The position numbers were made by a program, and so were the translations under genes. This document shows positions 20,619 to 30,768 of a stretch of DNA of 64,000 nt, piece after piece. The notes below the pieces were generated by a model that made no database searches, was not told the DNA's origin, and was given only the letters and a program-made list of their open reading frames with translations. Position 1 is the stretch's first letter; each line of letters starts with the position of its first letter. This DNA comes from a virus: IMG/VR virus record IMGVR_UViG_3300027736_000026, positions 32,001-96,000 of that record; one strand, 5' to 3'.

Positions 20619-21217
20619 TAGAATACGAGTTCTTCTGCTTGAGCTTCTGCTTCAGTCTGAGCAGCAGGTTTGACAGCAGGTTGATTTAGTTGGATTTTGC
20701 TATAAGCCGCCTTCGCTGGATATTCTTCCTGTTGAGCTTCTTTTGGAGCAGGTGCAGCGACATCATCTTGAGGATAGAAAGAATTCCTAATGAACTCCAA
20801 AAGGAAAGTCTTAACCAGTACAGATTCTGCAAAAGTAAATCCAATCAAGAAACTTACCTTGTTAACGGTATCTCCCTTTTGCTCCTTGGTGGCATTAAAA
20901 GAAAACCCAATCTGAGCGTTGTCCCTTAGATAAGGACAAAACTTGCCCATCGCGTTTGAATTAGGAGCAGTGTGATAGAACTTGTATTCTGCGTTTCTAT
21001 CAATTGCGTCTACCATACCTGCGGCTTCTACCGCATTGAACTTTAAGACAGTAGTCTTCTCTGGATTCTTAGCGTTCTCGCGAAAAGACCCAAGCTTCTT
21101 GGCTTCATTCCAAGAGTGCTGCTTGATGAAGTTAACGAACAAAGAGGTTCCCTTTGTCTGAAAAGAGCAAGCGGTTCCAGTTACTTTTGCATTTCCCTTA
21201 TAAAATTGTAGGTTCAT
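20618..21217 (-). CDS. Putative ssDNA-binding protein
   Basis: Directly after the DNA polymerase core; beta-rich aromatic N-domain; Ala/Pro/Glu linker ending in acidic-hydrophobic EELVF. Confidence 0.45.
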   Translation of the reverse strand: MNLQFYKGNAKVTGTACSFQTKGTSLFVNFIKQHSWNEAKKLGSFRENAKNPEKTTVLKFNAVEAAGMVDAIDRNAEYKFYHTAPNSNAMGKFCPYLRDNAQIGFSFNATKEQKGDTVNKVSFLIGFTFAESVLVKTFLLEFIRNSFYPQDDVAAPAPKEAQQEEYPAKAAYSKIQLNQPAVKPAAQTEAEAQAEELVF

Positions 21218-21251
21218 TCAGACATTATTTTGCCTGAAAAAAGCCGATTTA

Positions 21252-23810
21252 TCAATTATTTTTTTCGGCTTTTAATTGAGAAAGTTTCGTGTAAACCGTA
21301 TGGGTTTGGATAGCGACCATTCTGGCAAAAACAGAGTCTCCAAACTTTTGTCCGGTAATAATTACTATATCTTCTTCCTTTGGCATTCTGTTATTAAGAT
21401 TTTGCATCTCATCTATTTTATCGGAGAAGATCATCGTGTTGATGGCAGAAGTTTCGTCAGAAATTTGCATTTTAAAATACCTAGTCTTCTTCTCTCTTGA
21501 GACCCCTGACATGCATTCTTTAATTACACCGATGAAACAAACTTCATCTTTCTCACCGAAATTAGCGATGTCTTTTATATAAACTAGATCATCTTTCTTT
21601 GCAATAAACACTTCTCTCAGTTTACTTCTTACGCTATAACCAATAATAGAATTCTCATAATACCAATTAGCAAAACTCTCTGATTTGCTATTGATCTCAT
21701 ATATCTTTTTATAGGCATCTGCTTTGGTTCGCAGCGTTTGGAGTCTTGATTCTTTTATGTAAGGTTTGCCCTGCACATCTTTGTTGTCTTTCATGTGCAT
21801 GAGAATTTTAACCAAATCATACTCAAAAGTCTCGCCAAACAGTTTGGCGTTTATTTTTTCTTTATTAGTTAAGATGTTCCAAAGTTGAGCCTCGTATACT
21901 ATTTTGCTTCTTGATTGCTTGAAGTCTCCGTCTAAGGCTCCTGCTTGGATAAGGGCGCAAAGGACTCCAATGTTTAGATTAGCTTGAGAGGCTGTTTCAA
22001 AGATGTCGAATTTGTTCTTAAACTCTGCTCTGAATTCATTTACGGCTTTAATGGTCTTCTCACTGATGCCTTTAACAGAAAGAAGTCCAAAACGGATATT
22101 ATCACCTTCAATACAAAACTCTTCTTTTGACTTTAATAAATGAGGAGGCAAGAGTTTAATATTAAAATAAGTTAATTCTTTTTCTGTTTTAGATATCTCT
22201 CCAATAGAATCGGGCTCATGCTTACTCATTTTCAATAGGGACAAGAAGAACTGTTGCGGATATTTAAATTTAAGATAGATAGATATTGCGGCGAGAGCAG
22301 CGTATGAGACTGAATGCGATTTATTAAATTGATAATTGGCTGAATCGTTTGCAATTCTCCATAATACTTCGCCAATCTTGGGGTCAAGTTTCTGCTGGGA
22401 GATCTTGTCTTTAATCTTCTGCTCCCACTCCTTCATCTCTTCGACCTTCTTTTTGCCTACGCAGCGTCGAACAATTTCTGCTTCGTCAAGTGAGAATCCA
22501 ACCTTGCTCACCATCTTCATCAACTGTTCTTGATACAAACAAACTCCTCCAGTTACTCCTAAGATATCGTCGAAGAAAGGATGGATACTTTCGTAATGAT
22601 TATTGTTTGTATAGTTAGCATACTTATCAATAAACTGCAATGCACCGGGACGAGCAAGAGCTAATACGCCACTTAACTGTTCAAGATTTTTAGGCTTTAC
22701 CTTCTGGCATACTTTAAAGTTAGTTTCTGCTTCAATTTGGAATAATCCATGAGGCAACTTAAAGTCTTGTAATTGCTGATATATGAAAACATCATTTACA
22801 TCAATATCCTCATATCTGATTCCAAGAGATTTGCAAACATCGTCTACAACTGAGACTCCTCGCAAACCAAGCAAATCAAGTTTAATATTATAAGCTGTAA
22901 CATTATTCATGTCGTAGCTTGAAACGACCTGCTTGTCTGATGACAATTCTACTGGACAGGATTCTTCAAGGAGTGAGTGCGCCAATAAAAGCCCAGACGG
23001 GTGTACGCCTTTATTTTTATTAAGATTCTGGAGCTTTAAGGCGATCTTATAAACTTCTTGGTTTGTGCCGACCCATTCTGCAAATTTTTCGCTTTCAGTG
23101 ACTGCTTCTTCCAAGCTCTTGACTTGACCGAAAAGTTTAGGAATATAAGAAGAGACATTATTCATTTCGCTCTCTTGTTTCTCTGCAACTACTTTACCTG
23201 ACTCTTTGATGCAGAGTTTAGAGCTTAAAGTGTTTAGAGTAAGTATCTTAGATGTCTTGCCCTTGAATTTCTCTTCAAGATAAGCTATTACTCTATGCCG
23301 ATTATAATAACAAATATCAAGATCAACATCAGGAAATAACGAGCCATCAAAATAAGTTACTCCATCAACAATAGTTTTCTTTGCTCTGGCTTTAGAAATG
23401 AATCGCTCAAAAAATAGTTCATATTTAATGGGGTCAATTTTGGTTACATCAATGAGAAATAACAGTAGAGAGCCAGCGCAAGATCCTCTTCCCGGTCCAG
23501 TTGGGATACTCGTCTCTCTGCAATAATTAATAACATCCCAAATGAGGATGATGTAATCAATAAATTCTAACTCTTGAAGAATTTGTAATTCGTAATTAAC
23601 GCGATCAATATACCTCTTGTAAAGAGCGCTTCCTTTTTCGAGATCAAGCTTATGAAACCCCTCTCTAGCTAGGCTTCTTAAAAAGTCGTAATTAGAAGTC
23701 TGAGCAACTAATTTAAGTCTAGTCTTGTGTCTTTGGTCAATTTCAAAGACAGGCATTCTAAGTCCGTGAAGGCCAAGTTCGTATTTTTGAAAGTCTTTTG
23801 AAAAGTTCAT
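21252..23810 (-). CDS. dnaE: DNA polymerase III alpha catalytic core lacking the PHP domain
   Basis: GPGRGS, LFFERF, PDVDLD, HPSG, KLDLLGL, YQEQ, FNKSHS, C-terminal OB fold; start 23810 chosen for its ATGA overlap. Confidence 0.93.
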   Translation of the reverse strand: MNFSKDFQKYELGLHGLRMPVFEIDQRHKTRLKLVAQTSNYDFLRSLAREGFHKLDLEKGSALYKRYIDRVNYELQILQELEFIDYIILIWDVINYCRETSIPTGPGRGSCAGSLLLFLIDVTKIDPIKYELFFERFISKARAKKTIVDGVTYFDGSLFPDVDLDICYYNRHRVIAYLEEKFKGKTSKILTLNTLSSKLCIKESGKVVAEKQESEMNNVSSYIPKLFGQVKSLEEAVTESEKFAEWVGTNQEVYKIALKLQNLNKNKGVHPSGLLLAHSLLEESCPVELSSDKQVVSSYDMNNVTAYNIKLDLLGLRGVSVVDDVCKSLGIRYEDIDVNDVFIYQQLQDFKLPHGLFQIEAETNFKVCQKVKPKNLEQLSGVLALARPGALQFIDKYANYTNNNHYESIHPFFDDILGVTGGVCLYQEQLMKMVSKVGFSLDEAEIVRRCVGKKKVEEMKEWEQKIKDKISQQKLDPKIGEVLWRIANDSANYQFNKSHSVSYAALAAISIYLKFKYPQQFFLSLLKMSKHEPDSIGEISKTEKELTYFNIKLLPPHLLKSKEEFCIEGDNIRFGLLSVKGISEKTIKAVNEFRAEFKNKFDIFETASQANLNIGVLCALIQAGALDGDFKQSRSKIVYEAQLWNILTNKEKINAKLFGETFEYDLVKILMHMKDNKDVQGKPYIKESRLQTLRTKADAYKKIYEINSKSESFANWYYENSIIGYSVRSKLREVFIAKKDDLVYIKDIANFGEKDEVCFIGVIKECMSGVSREKKTRYFKMQISDETSAINTMIFSDKIDEMQNLNNRMPKEEDIVIITGQKFGDSVFARMVAIQTHTVYTKLSQLKAEKNN

Positions 23811-24445
23811 ACTGCGATTTGGAATTTCAGTCTGTTCCATACTTTAATGTTTAAATGTAAATCGTTAAGTGCGTCGTGAAGAGTCTCGTAATCGTGTTCT
23901 ATGCTATATTCTTTTCCAAGGCTTGTAAGGTTAGTTTTCACTCCTTTTCTTCTTTCGTTCAGTACTCTATACTGGTACTCAATTAAGCTCATTTCTTGAG
24001 AGTAAGGGATTTCATATTTAACTCCCTTCGCTAGACAATTAGTATCTATAACTTTACTCACTAAGTGCTTCCATTCTTTCCCATACATTTCGTAATAATC
24101 TTTAATGAGATACATATCAAAGTTTAAGATATTGTGCCCGATTATATAATCACAATTTTCTAACCAATGTGCTATAGTTTTAATAGCTTCGCTAGAATGG
24201 ATAGCAATTTTATTATATTTGTACTGATCGAAACGAGTAATTTGGGCAGCTTCTTTGCTAACATTAATAGGCTTATCCCATTTAATATAAATATCAGAAG
24301 TTTCTAAGACCTCATTTCCTTTAACTTTGATCATGCCGCATTGCCAAGGGCGATTATTTATAAAGCTAAGGCATAAATTCTCGGTCTCTAAGTCTATAAA
24401 AGTATAGACTTTATCTTTATCATAACGAAGAAGATTTTCCATCAT
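23807..24445 (-). CDS. DEDDh 3'-5' exonuclease (DnaQ/epsilon-like)
   Basis: DLET, GHNILNFD, IDT, HDALND. Confidence 0.9.
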   Translation of the reverse strand: MMENLLRYDKDKVYTFIDLETENLCLSFINNRPWQCGMIKVKGNEVLETSDIYIKWDKPINVSKEAAQITRFDQYKYNKIAIHSSEAIKTIAHWLENCDYIIGHNILNFDMYLIKDYYEMYGKEWKHLVSKVIDTNCLAKGVKYEIPYSQEMSLIEYQYRVLNERRKGVKTNLTSLGKEYSIEHDYETLHDALNDLHLNIKVWNRLKFQIAV

Positions 24446-25203
24446 ATAGAATTAACCTCCTTCCAGCTTTCGAAACTAAATTCAGCGCTGCACATGTGTT
24501 CTAAATTCGGCTTGTTAAGGGTAGTTCTGTTATTAATGCATCTAAAAGTCATGTAGGCTTTAAAGTCTTCTCTTGTCTCGTAATAAATACTTTTGCTGGC
24601 AACTGTCTCATATTGATCAGCGCAGAATTTGATTACTTTTTGCCTTACTATCTGATCAAATGGAAGATCATTATCTTCAGTAAAAAAAGTAGGCTTTGTG
24701 AACTTCAACTCTGGGCAGCACAAGGAGTAAGACATTGTATTTTTGAATAAAAAAGAGTCATAGAATGGGACGCATAATTTTAGGCTAGCTTCATCCCACT
24801 CTTGTGTCAAGGTCTTTTCGTCTATTCTTGGTGTATAATAAAAACCATCTGTCGCGGCGATACTAAATATCTTAATGAGTTTCTTGTATCCATTGCCATT
24901 TTTAGCGAAGATGATAATTTTACTGGACTTTTTCAAAGACTCGTCAGTCTTTTCATTGATATCAGGGCATAGCTCTAATCTAAGTCCGTAATAGAATGGA
25001 ACCTTAATAGAGTTAAAGTTTTTAAAAGCGTCAAGAAAAGAACTCATATTCTCTTCTACAAGGAAAACTTGGTCCAGTTTGTTTTCTTTAACGATGTCTA
25101 CGATAGAAGAGGAGCCTTCTTTAGAAGAAGATCCGGCCTTATCTAGGGTTAATATTGATTTGCCGATGCTATAATGGCTTTTAAAAAGAGGTAATATTTT
25201 CAT
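24442..25203 (-). CDS. Stand-alone PHP domain of DNA polymerase III alpha (degenerate metal ligands)
   Basis: FKSHYSIGKS..YGL..IIIFAKNGNGYKKLIKIFS.A..GFYYTPRID. Confidence 0.85.
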   Translation of the reverse strand: MKILPLFKSHYSIGKSILTLDKAGSSSKEGSSSIVDIVKENKLDQVFLVEENMSSFLDAFKNFNSIKVPFYYGLRLELCPDINEKTDESLKKSSKIIIFAKNGNGYKKLIKIFSIAATDGFYYTPRIDEKTLTQEWDEASLKLCVPFYDSFLFKNTMSYSLCCPELKFTKPTFFTEDNDLPFDQIVRQKVIKFCADQYETVASKSIYYETREDFKAYMTFRCINNRTTLNKPNLEHMCSAEFSFESWKEVNSI

Positions 25204-25212
25204 AAATAAGAG

Positions 25213-26139
25213 TTATTTCCATCTGGGGCAACCTTCATACTTAAATTTTTTGATCACTTGAAAATCGTCTTTCTTTGCTGCTTTTGCTTCTTCTGCTGTG
25301 AAAAAGCTTTTTACAAATTTGTCGTTCTTGTCGTAAATAGAATAAAACCACATCTCATTCTTAAAGGGACAAACCCAAGTAGCTCCTGCCTGACATAGCC
25401 ATCTGCTCTTTAAGTCATCTGCGGCAAAGTTTTGTTTTGCATCTTGTTCAGAGAAGTTGCTGACTTTACCGTAAACATGCTTAAGGTAAACCTCAAATCC
25501 TGACAATTCATCATCTGTAAATTTTACCGGCTGCACTGGTGCTTTAGGAAATCTGAGAAATATAAACTCTACTTCTGGCTCGTACTCAGGCCAATAAATT
25601 TTAGAAGCGATAGAATATAGCATCGCCTGTACATTGGCTGTCAACTCTTCTCCCTTGAATTTTGCTTTGCTAGACTTGTAATCTCTAATCTTACTCTTCT
25701 TTTCTTCCTTATAAAGAATTGGGAGATCAATAAATCCTCTGGCCTTATAGCCGTCTCTTTCGATTTTGAATTCGAACTCTGGGTTTTGAATGTCGCCGCC
25801 CTTTGGAAAGAAGTCGCTCTTAAGGCCGACAAGAATCATTTTATTGATTAACGCTATGTCTTCAAGATTGTTGATCCCTTCTCTCGTAGCGTGTTTTATT
25901 ACTAACCTGCCTACTGGAGCGCAAGAGAGAGGATCGCCAGAGGCAATGATTTCCTCATAAAGCTCTTTATGGCGAGGGTTAAGAAGCAACTCAAATACTA
26001 AGTGACAAATTGTACCGCGCTTTGCTCCTGAATTAGACTTCTCGGGAATGTTTAAATGATACTTACAATAATAAGACCATGAACAAGTTTCAAGAGCTTT
26101 AATTCTGGACGCAGATAGGTAGACTTCTTTCTTATCCAT
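25213..26139 (-). CDS. PD-(D/E)XK exonuclease (Cas4/RecB/AddB-like)
   Basis: LSASRI..C..Y, RGT..H, RGFID, DYKS, Q..LY, C..CPF. Confidence 0.85.
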   Translation of the reverse strand: MDKKEVYLSASRIKALETCSWSYYCKYHLNIPEKSNSGAKRGTICHLVFELLLNPRHKELYEEIIASGDPLSCAPVGRLVIKHATREGINNLEDIALINKMILVGLKSDFFPKGGDIQNPEFEFKIERDGYKARGFIDLPILYKEEKKSKIRDYKSSKAKFKGEELTANVQAMLYSIASKIYWPEYEPEVEFIFLRFPKAPVQPVKFTDDELSGFEVYLKHVYGKVSNFSEQDAKQNFAADDLKSRWLCQAGATWVCPFKNEMWFYSIYDKNDKFVKSFFTAEEAKAAKKDDFQVIKKFKYEGCPRWK

Positions 26140-27049
26140 TGAATTCCTTCATATATAAGTCTATCTCATTTTTGCCCATTAATCCAAAGTCTTTTTTAGT
26201 AGGGAGCTTTATCTTCACTTGGTTTTCGTCAAAGAACATTAATAGCTTAGAACGAGCTTTTTTGGCAGCTTCGTTGCCAGCAGAATTATTAAAAGAATCA
26301 TTATTAAATGCGACAACCACTCGTTGGACAGAGTTTTCTAAAAGAAATTTTATTATTTTGGGAGAGATTGCCAATCCAAAAGTGACAATGACATTCTTGT
26401 AACCAGCTTGCCATAAAGCCAGCATGTCTCCAATGCTTTCAATTAGGAATATCGTCTTGCTTTCAGAGATAGAATCCTTCCCAAAGAGCGCTGGGTAAAC
26501 CCACTCTTTTTTTGCTCCAAGATGTTTCCATTTTATGAAATCAGATCTATTTGAATCAATAAGCGATCTGCCGCTAAATCCTACAATTTTGCCAGAAGGA
26601 TTGTAGATAGGAAAGACATAACGATTAATCATGTTTCCTTTCTTAGCTGTTCCTCCTTTGAACTCAGCTATGGTTTCTTCTTTGATTCCTCTTTTGAACC
26701 AATAAGAGTGATCTTTTACAAGACCATCGAGCATTGACTCATTATAAATCTTTACTTGACTGATAATTGTTTTGTCTGGATTAGATACAATTCCTGTGAA
26801 ATTGAACTTCTCAGCAAGCATCTTATCTGCATGAGATAGATCGTTTAGATTAAGCGTGATTTGAACTAATTCACTTAACCTACCCCCTTTGCATAATTTG
26901 TAGTCATACCAGTAACCAGTGTTTTTATTTATGGCTAAGACGGTATCATTATCAGAGCTTCTATAAATTGGACGAGTTCTATACCAACTGCCAAAATCTT
27001 TAAGGTTTTGATAACCGATGTTGTTAAGTATTTCTTTTATATCGCTCAT
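26132..27049 (-). CDS. DNA primase (DnaG-like Toprim)
   Basis: NRYVFPIY..IVGFSGR..KW..IFLIESIGD; adjacent to DnaB. Confidence 0.85.
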   Translation of the reverse strand: MSDIKEILNNIGYQNLKDFGSWYRTRPIYRSSDNDTVLAINKNTGYWYDYKLCKGGRLSELVQITLNLNDLSHADKMLAEKFNFTGIVSNPDKTIISQVKIYNESMLDGLVKDHSYWFKRGIKEETIAEFKGGTAKKGNMINRYVFPIYNPSGKIVGFSGRSLIDSNRSDFIKWKHLGAKKEWVYPALFGKDSISESKTIFLIESIGDMLALWQAGYKNVIVTFGLAISPKIIKFLLENSVQRVVVAFNNDSFNNSAGNEAAKKARSKLLMFFDENQVKIKLPTKKDFGLMGKNEIDLYMKEFNG

Positions 27050-28530
27050 AACAAAGAACCATCATTGGGATTGGCATCATTCAATAAAAATGTCTGGCGC
27101 TCTCTCTCAATAATGTTAGCCAAGGAACCCCTCTCTTCTACGCTGAAATTACTAATCTGAAAGTTGATAAAGTTTTGAACATATTTTTCATCGCCATGAT
27201 CATTTCTCCTTCTCATAAGATCCTGATGTCCAGCAGCATCTTTGCCTTGGAAGCGGCTCTTTAAAGTTATCAATTTATGTGTGCCGAAGTCTGGCGTATC
27301 GCGCTCTATTTCGTCAAGAGTTTTTCTTCGGAAAATCGCAACATAGCTGGCAAACCATTGAAGCCGATCAGACAAGGCGATTGCGGAACTATCATCGGTT
27401 ACGTCTCCAGCATTTCTATTGAAATTTTCACCAGATCTATTCATTTGCATTGCAGTGAATAGAGGGGCATTAATTTCTTCTGAAATCTTTTTAAGTTTAT
27501 CTATCTTTTCGCCAATGGCTTGATGCTCTGCCCAGTTTTGGCCGACCTTTTCTCCGGTAAGTTTGACGTAGTCATAACAAATAAGAGCAGGATTCCCTCT
27601 TCCAACTTTACTGTAATACCATCTACGGATAAAAGATATAATTTCGTCAATTCCTTTATTGCCAACACAATGATGAGTATAGTTATATTTGCTAAACTCT
27701 TTTAAGAAAGCTCTGATTTTGAAAACCATCTCAGGATCTTTACGCCAGTTTCCCGTGTCAATATACCAGAAAGGTACTCCAGTTTTCGCTGCTGCAATAC
27801 GGAGTTTCACATCTTGTGAAAACATTTCTGTATCAAGGTAAAGGACGCTAACCTTTTTATTCTTTAAATAAGCTCCAAGAGACATCTCAACCAAGAACGA
27901 GCTTTTGCCTTGACCGGGGCGACTGACGATTGCATAAACATTCCCATTTCTCAAGCCTCCATAAAGCCTTGCGAACTCTGGATAGTGCAAATCTATGCCT
28001 GATTCTTCTTGAGGATTATTACCTTTTTCTTCTATAAATGCCTCTATGTCATCAAAGATATTTCTAATCTCTTCAGTAGCATCAAAAGAATTAATCTTTT
28101 CGCCATATATAGAGTCTACTTCAGCTATGATTTGATTGGCGTTTTTCTCAGGATTGGTAGAAACAGTTTCTATTATTCTTTGCGCCATGCCTTTTATATC
28201 ACGACGAATAGAAAACTGCTTTAACTCTTGAGCATATTTAATAGCAGAATCTTTATTTGAAACTATTAAAGAAAGACAATCGATATAATCATATATGTCA
28301 AGATCCTCTTGGAAAGAAATGCCAAGATTCTGAATTTTCTGAGCCAGAATGACTTTATCTATTTTTTCTTTAGCGTTGCATATCTGGCGAATTATCGAAT
28401 ATATTGTTCCGTTTACATCGTTTGTAAAATCAATCTCTGATATAAAGTGATCTATATCGTAGAATGATTCTGAGTTTTTAATGAGCGAACCAAGCAAGGA
28501 TTGCTCTACCTTAATAGAGGAAAGTTTCAT
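27046..28530 (-). CDS. dnaB: Replicative DNA helicase
   Basis: SRPGQGKS Walker A, DTEM, YDYVKL, QMNR, KSRF. Confidence 0.92.
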   Translation of the reverse strand: MKLSSIKVEQSLLGSLIKNSESFYDIDHFISEIDFTNDVNGTIYSIIRQICNAKEKIDKVILAQKIQNLGISFQEDLDIYDYIDCLSLIVSNKDSAIKYAQELKQFSIRRDIKGMAQRIIETVSTNPEKNANQIIAEVDSIYGEKINSFDATEEIRNIFDDIEAFIEEKGNNPQEESGIDLHYPEFARLYGGLRNGNVYAIVSRPGQGKSSFLVEMSLGAYLKNKKVSVLYLDTEMFSQDVKLRIAAAKTGVPFWYIDTGNWRKDPEMVFKIRAFLKEFSKYNYTHHCVGNKGIDEIISFIRRWYYSKVGRGNPALICYDYVKLTGEKVGQNWAEHQAIGEKIDKLKKISEEINAPLFTAMQMNRSGENFNRNAGDVTDDSSAIALSDRLQWFASYVAIFRRKTLDEIERDTPDFGTHKLITLKSRFQGKDAAGHQDLMRRRNDHGDEKYVQNFINFQISNFSVEERGSLANIIERERQTFLLNDANPNDGSLL

Positions 28531-28546
28531 TTAACTAAAAAAAGAG

Positions 28547-28831
28547 TTACTTACTAGCAGGACCGTCTTCATTATCATCGTCTTCATCATCTTCTTTATC
28601 AGCAGCGATAATGTTATGGATCGTGTTTTCTAAATTGATTTGTTCAACAGCACTAAGCCAATTATTAATATAATAATGCATAGCCATTGCGTTCTGTGCA
28701 TTATCGAATTTAGATCTCACTTCTGGCATTCCTTTTTTATCAAAGGTGAATAATAAAAACCCTCCTTGAGAGCATTCATCTATTTGAGATAGAATACTGT
28801 CTGGAAACTGGAATTCTTTATTTTTTGCCAC
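28547..28831 (-). CDS. Hypothetical protein with acidic tail
   Basis: Tightly packed ORF; GTG start preceded by GTGTAA. Confidence 0.7.
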   Translation of the reverse strand: MAKNKEFQFPDSILSQIDECSQGGFLLFTFDKKGMPEVRSKFDNAQNAMAMHYYINNWLSAVEQINLENTIHNIIAADKEDDEDDDNEDGPASK

Positions 28832-28839
28832 AGCTTATA

Positions 28840-29259
28840 TTACACCAGTGATATCTTGAATGTATGATATATATAATCGTAGCTTAATTTATTTAAATCA
28901 GATGTCTCTAACTCTAATAGTTGAAAACCGTTCTTCTCTAACCATACAGATTTCTTATAGTCTCTTTTTATAGAGTTAAGATAATTCAATCTAGAATTGT
29001 TATGAAAGAATTTATTAAAAGAAGAATGCTGATCTCCATTAACTTCTATCGCTATTTTGCGGGAAATATTAATAAAGTCTACTTTCATTCTGCTTCCGAA
29101 TACCGGGAACTCTTCATAACAGACATGAGTTTTCCAAAATGGCTTAAGAAACTGTTTAACTTGGAACTGAATCTTAGAGCGAGACTGTTTGTCCCAATCT
29201 ATTAAAAATTGAGAAACATTTTTGTTAATTATCCTGCCGGTTACAGAATATAACTTCAT
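28840..29259 (-). CDS. DUF559/Vsr-like PD-(D/E)XK endonuclease
   Basis: EEFPV..VDF..IAIEVNGDQH..RD..K..W..NG. Confidence 0.75.
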   Translation of the reverse strand: MKLYSVTGRIINKNVSQFLIDWDKQSRSKIQFQVKQFLKPFWKTHVCYEEFPVFGSRMKVDFINISRKIAIEVNGDQHSSFNKFFHNNSRLNYLNSIKRDYKKSVWLEKNGFQLLELETSDLNKLSYDYIYHTFKISLV

Positions 29260-30407
29260 TTTGATTGGACAGCTTTTAGCTTGCCAAAAAGATACTTGGT
29301 AGCTTGTTCGTTTTCTTCAAGCCATTTTCTGAAATTCTCTCTTCCTTGGTGTTGCTTAGGCATTTCAATTCCAGCGTTCTTAAGCTCTTCGACTAAAGAA
29401 TCGTCTACCGTAATCCAAGCCCCCTTTGCAACTACAAGATCCCACATGAGTAGGCAATCAAGAATCTCATACTCAACCCAGATGCCAGAAGGCTTTTTTC
29501 CAAATTTAATAGGATATTGGACGATGTTTTTGCGAGTAGCTTCGCTGGTAGATTTTTGGATCATTACTTTGGAATACTTACCAATCGATTTAGTCTTGCC
29601 ATCATTCATCTTCCCTGCTGGGTTGTCAAGAATATAGTCGCCCATCGCTGTCGTGCTATACTCTAGGATAAAGTCAGCCCAATGCAATAATGCATTTCCG
29701 CCGCTAAACATTCCTCCTCTTGGAGCATTTTTAGCATAGGGATCGATCTTAATTTCAGAAGTGATCTGGCTAACTGCGATCATTAGATGACCATGCTTAA
29801 ACATACCAATACTTAGTGATTGCAGGAGCTTCTTGCTGATGACTTGAGTTCCGGCGACCTTGCTCGCGTCTGCTGGGCTTGTGTCCTTATCTCTCTTTAA
29901 GATAAGACCGTCCATAGAATCAATAACAAAACAATAACGATTATCTTCTTCATTATTAAGGACAAGATCTTTAATAACGTCAATTACTAAATCATAAACA
30001 TTAGATTCAAGGATAAACACTGAGCCGTCAGTCCATTCTGATGCATCGGTGACGAACTTGATCCCGCAGCGTTCTCTGTTTTCCTTAGAGAGACGACCCT
30101 CTGCTAAGACCCAGACTACTCTACTTTTCGGGATTTCTAAAAGAAAATTTCTGCAAATTTCTATCGCTTGGGGTGTTTTGCCTTCATTATTTGGTCCACA
30201 AAGACGGATAAGAGAAGGGGTGATGCCTCCACCTACCGCAGCATCTAAAAGCAAGCTCCCAGTAGAGATCTTCCAAGTCACTGCTTCTTCAAAATTAAAG
30301 TGATCATCTTTGTGATCTTTGTGATTAAGAATAGATTGGAGTCTGCTTGAAGCTCCAATGCTTGAGTTTTTTTCTTCAGGTTGCTGTTGTTTCGGGGGCT
30401 TTGCCAT
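29256..30407 (-). CDS. recA: RecA/UvsX-like recombinase
   Basis: ISTGSLLLD..GGG, GPNNEGKT, AEGR, VIDSMD, SGGNAL, GAW. Confidence 0.85.
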   Translation of the reverse strand: MAKPPKQQQPEEKNSSIGASSRLQSILNHKDHKDDHFNFEEAVTWKISTGSLLLDAAVGGGITPSLIRLCGPNNEGKTPQAIEICRNFLLEIPKSRVVWVLAEGRLSKENRERCGIKFVTDASEWTDGSVFILESNVYDLVIDVIKDLVLNNEEDNRYCFVIDSMDGLILKRDKDTSPADASKVAGTQVISKKLLQSLSIGMFKHGHLMIAVSQITSEIKIDPYAKNAPRGGMFSGGNALLHWADFILEYSTTAMGDYILDNPAGKMNDGKTKSIGKYSKVMIQKSTSEATRKNIVQYPIKFGKKPSGIWVEYEILDCLLMWDLVVAKGAWITVDDSLVEELKNAGIEMPKQHQGRENFRKWLEENEQATKYLFGKLKAVQSK

Positions 30408-30768
30408 GATTAAGAAATTCTTTTAAAGTTCTGGGCTTTTTGACGATAGGAATGTCTTCGCCCACTTTGCTGTCCTCTTGATTATAGCTGGTCGCGACCT
30501 TTGAGTCAAAGCTTTCTTTCAGCTTTTCTTTCGACTCCTTGAGGTCTTTCCGTTGAAGGAAAAGGGAATATCTGTCTTTTAGTATTGTTAAGTTCTTTTT
30601 AGACCGAAAAAATCCAAGATTAGAAACTGTTGGGTGCGGCTCAAGCCATTCCCAAAACCCATGCTCAGGGAAAATTTTTAAAAGCGCCGTAGCAGCCTTC
30701 ATATCCCTAGCCCAGTTTCTTTCGTTTTCCCTGACAAATTTTTCTACAATTGTTTGTTGAATGGACAT
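30376..30768 (-). CDS. Hypothetical protein
   Basis: ORF overlapping both neighbours (TAATG coupling with gmd). Confidence 0.7.
   Translation of the reverse strand: MSIQQTIVEKFVRENERNWARDMKAATALLKIFPEHGFWEWLEPHPTVSNLGFFRSKKNLTILKDRYSLFLQRKDLKESKEKLKESFDSKVATSYNQEDSKVGEDIPIVKKPRTLKEFLNHGKAPETTAT

Noticed and set aside
21252-25203. Split-intein DnaE
   Set aside because: No intein N-terminal Cys block or C-terminal HN-C/S/T motif at the fragment ends
25213-26139. Cas4-like gene as part of a CRISPR system
   Set aside because: No repeat-spacer array or other cas genes seen; typical phage replication-module exonuclease
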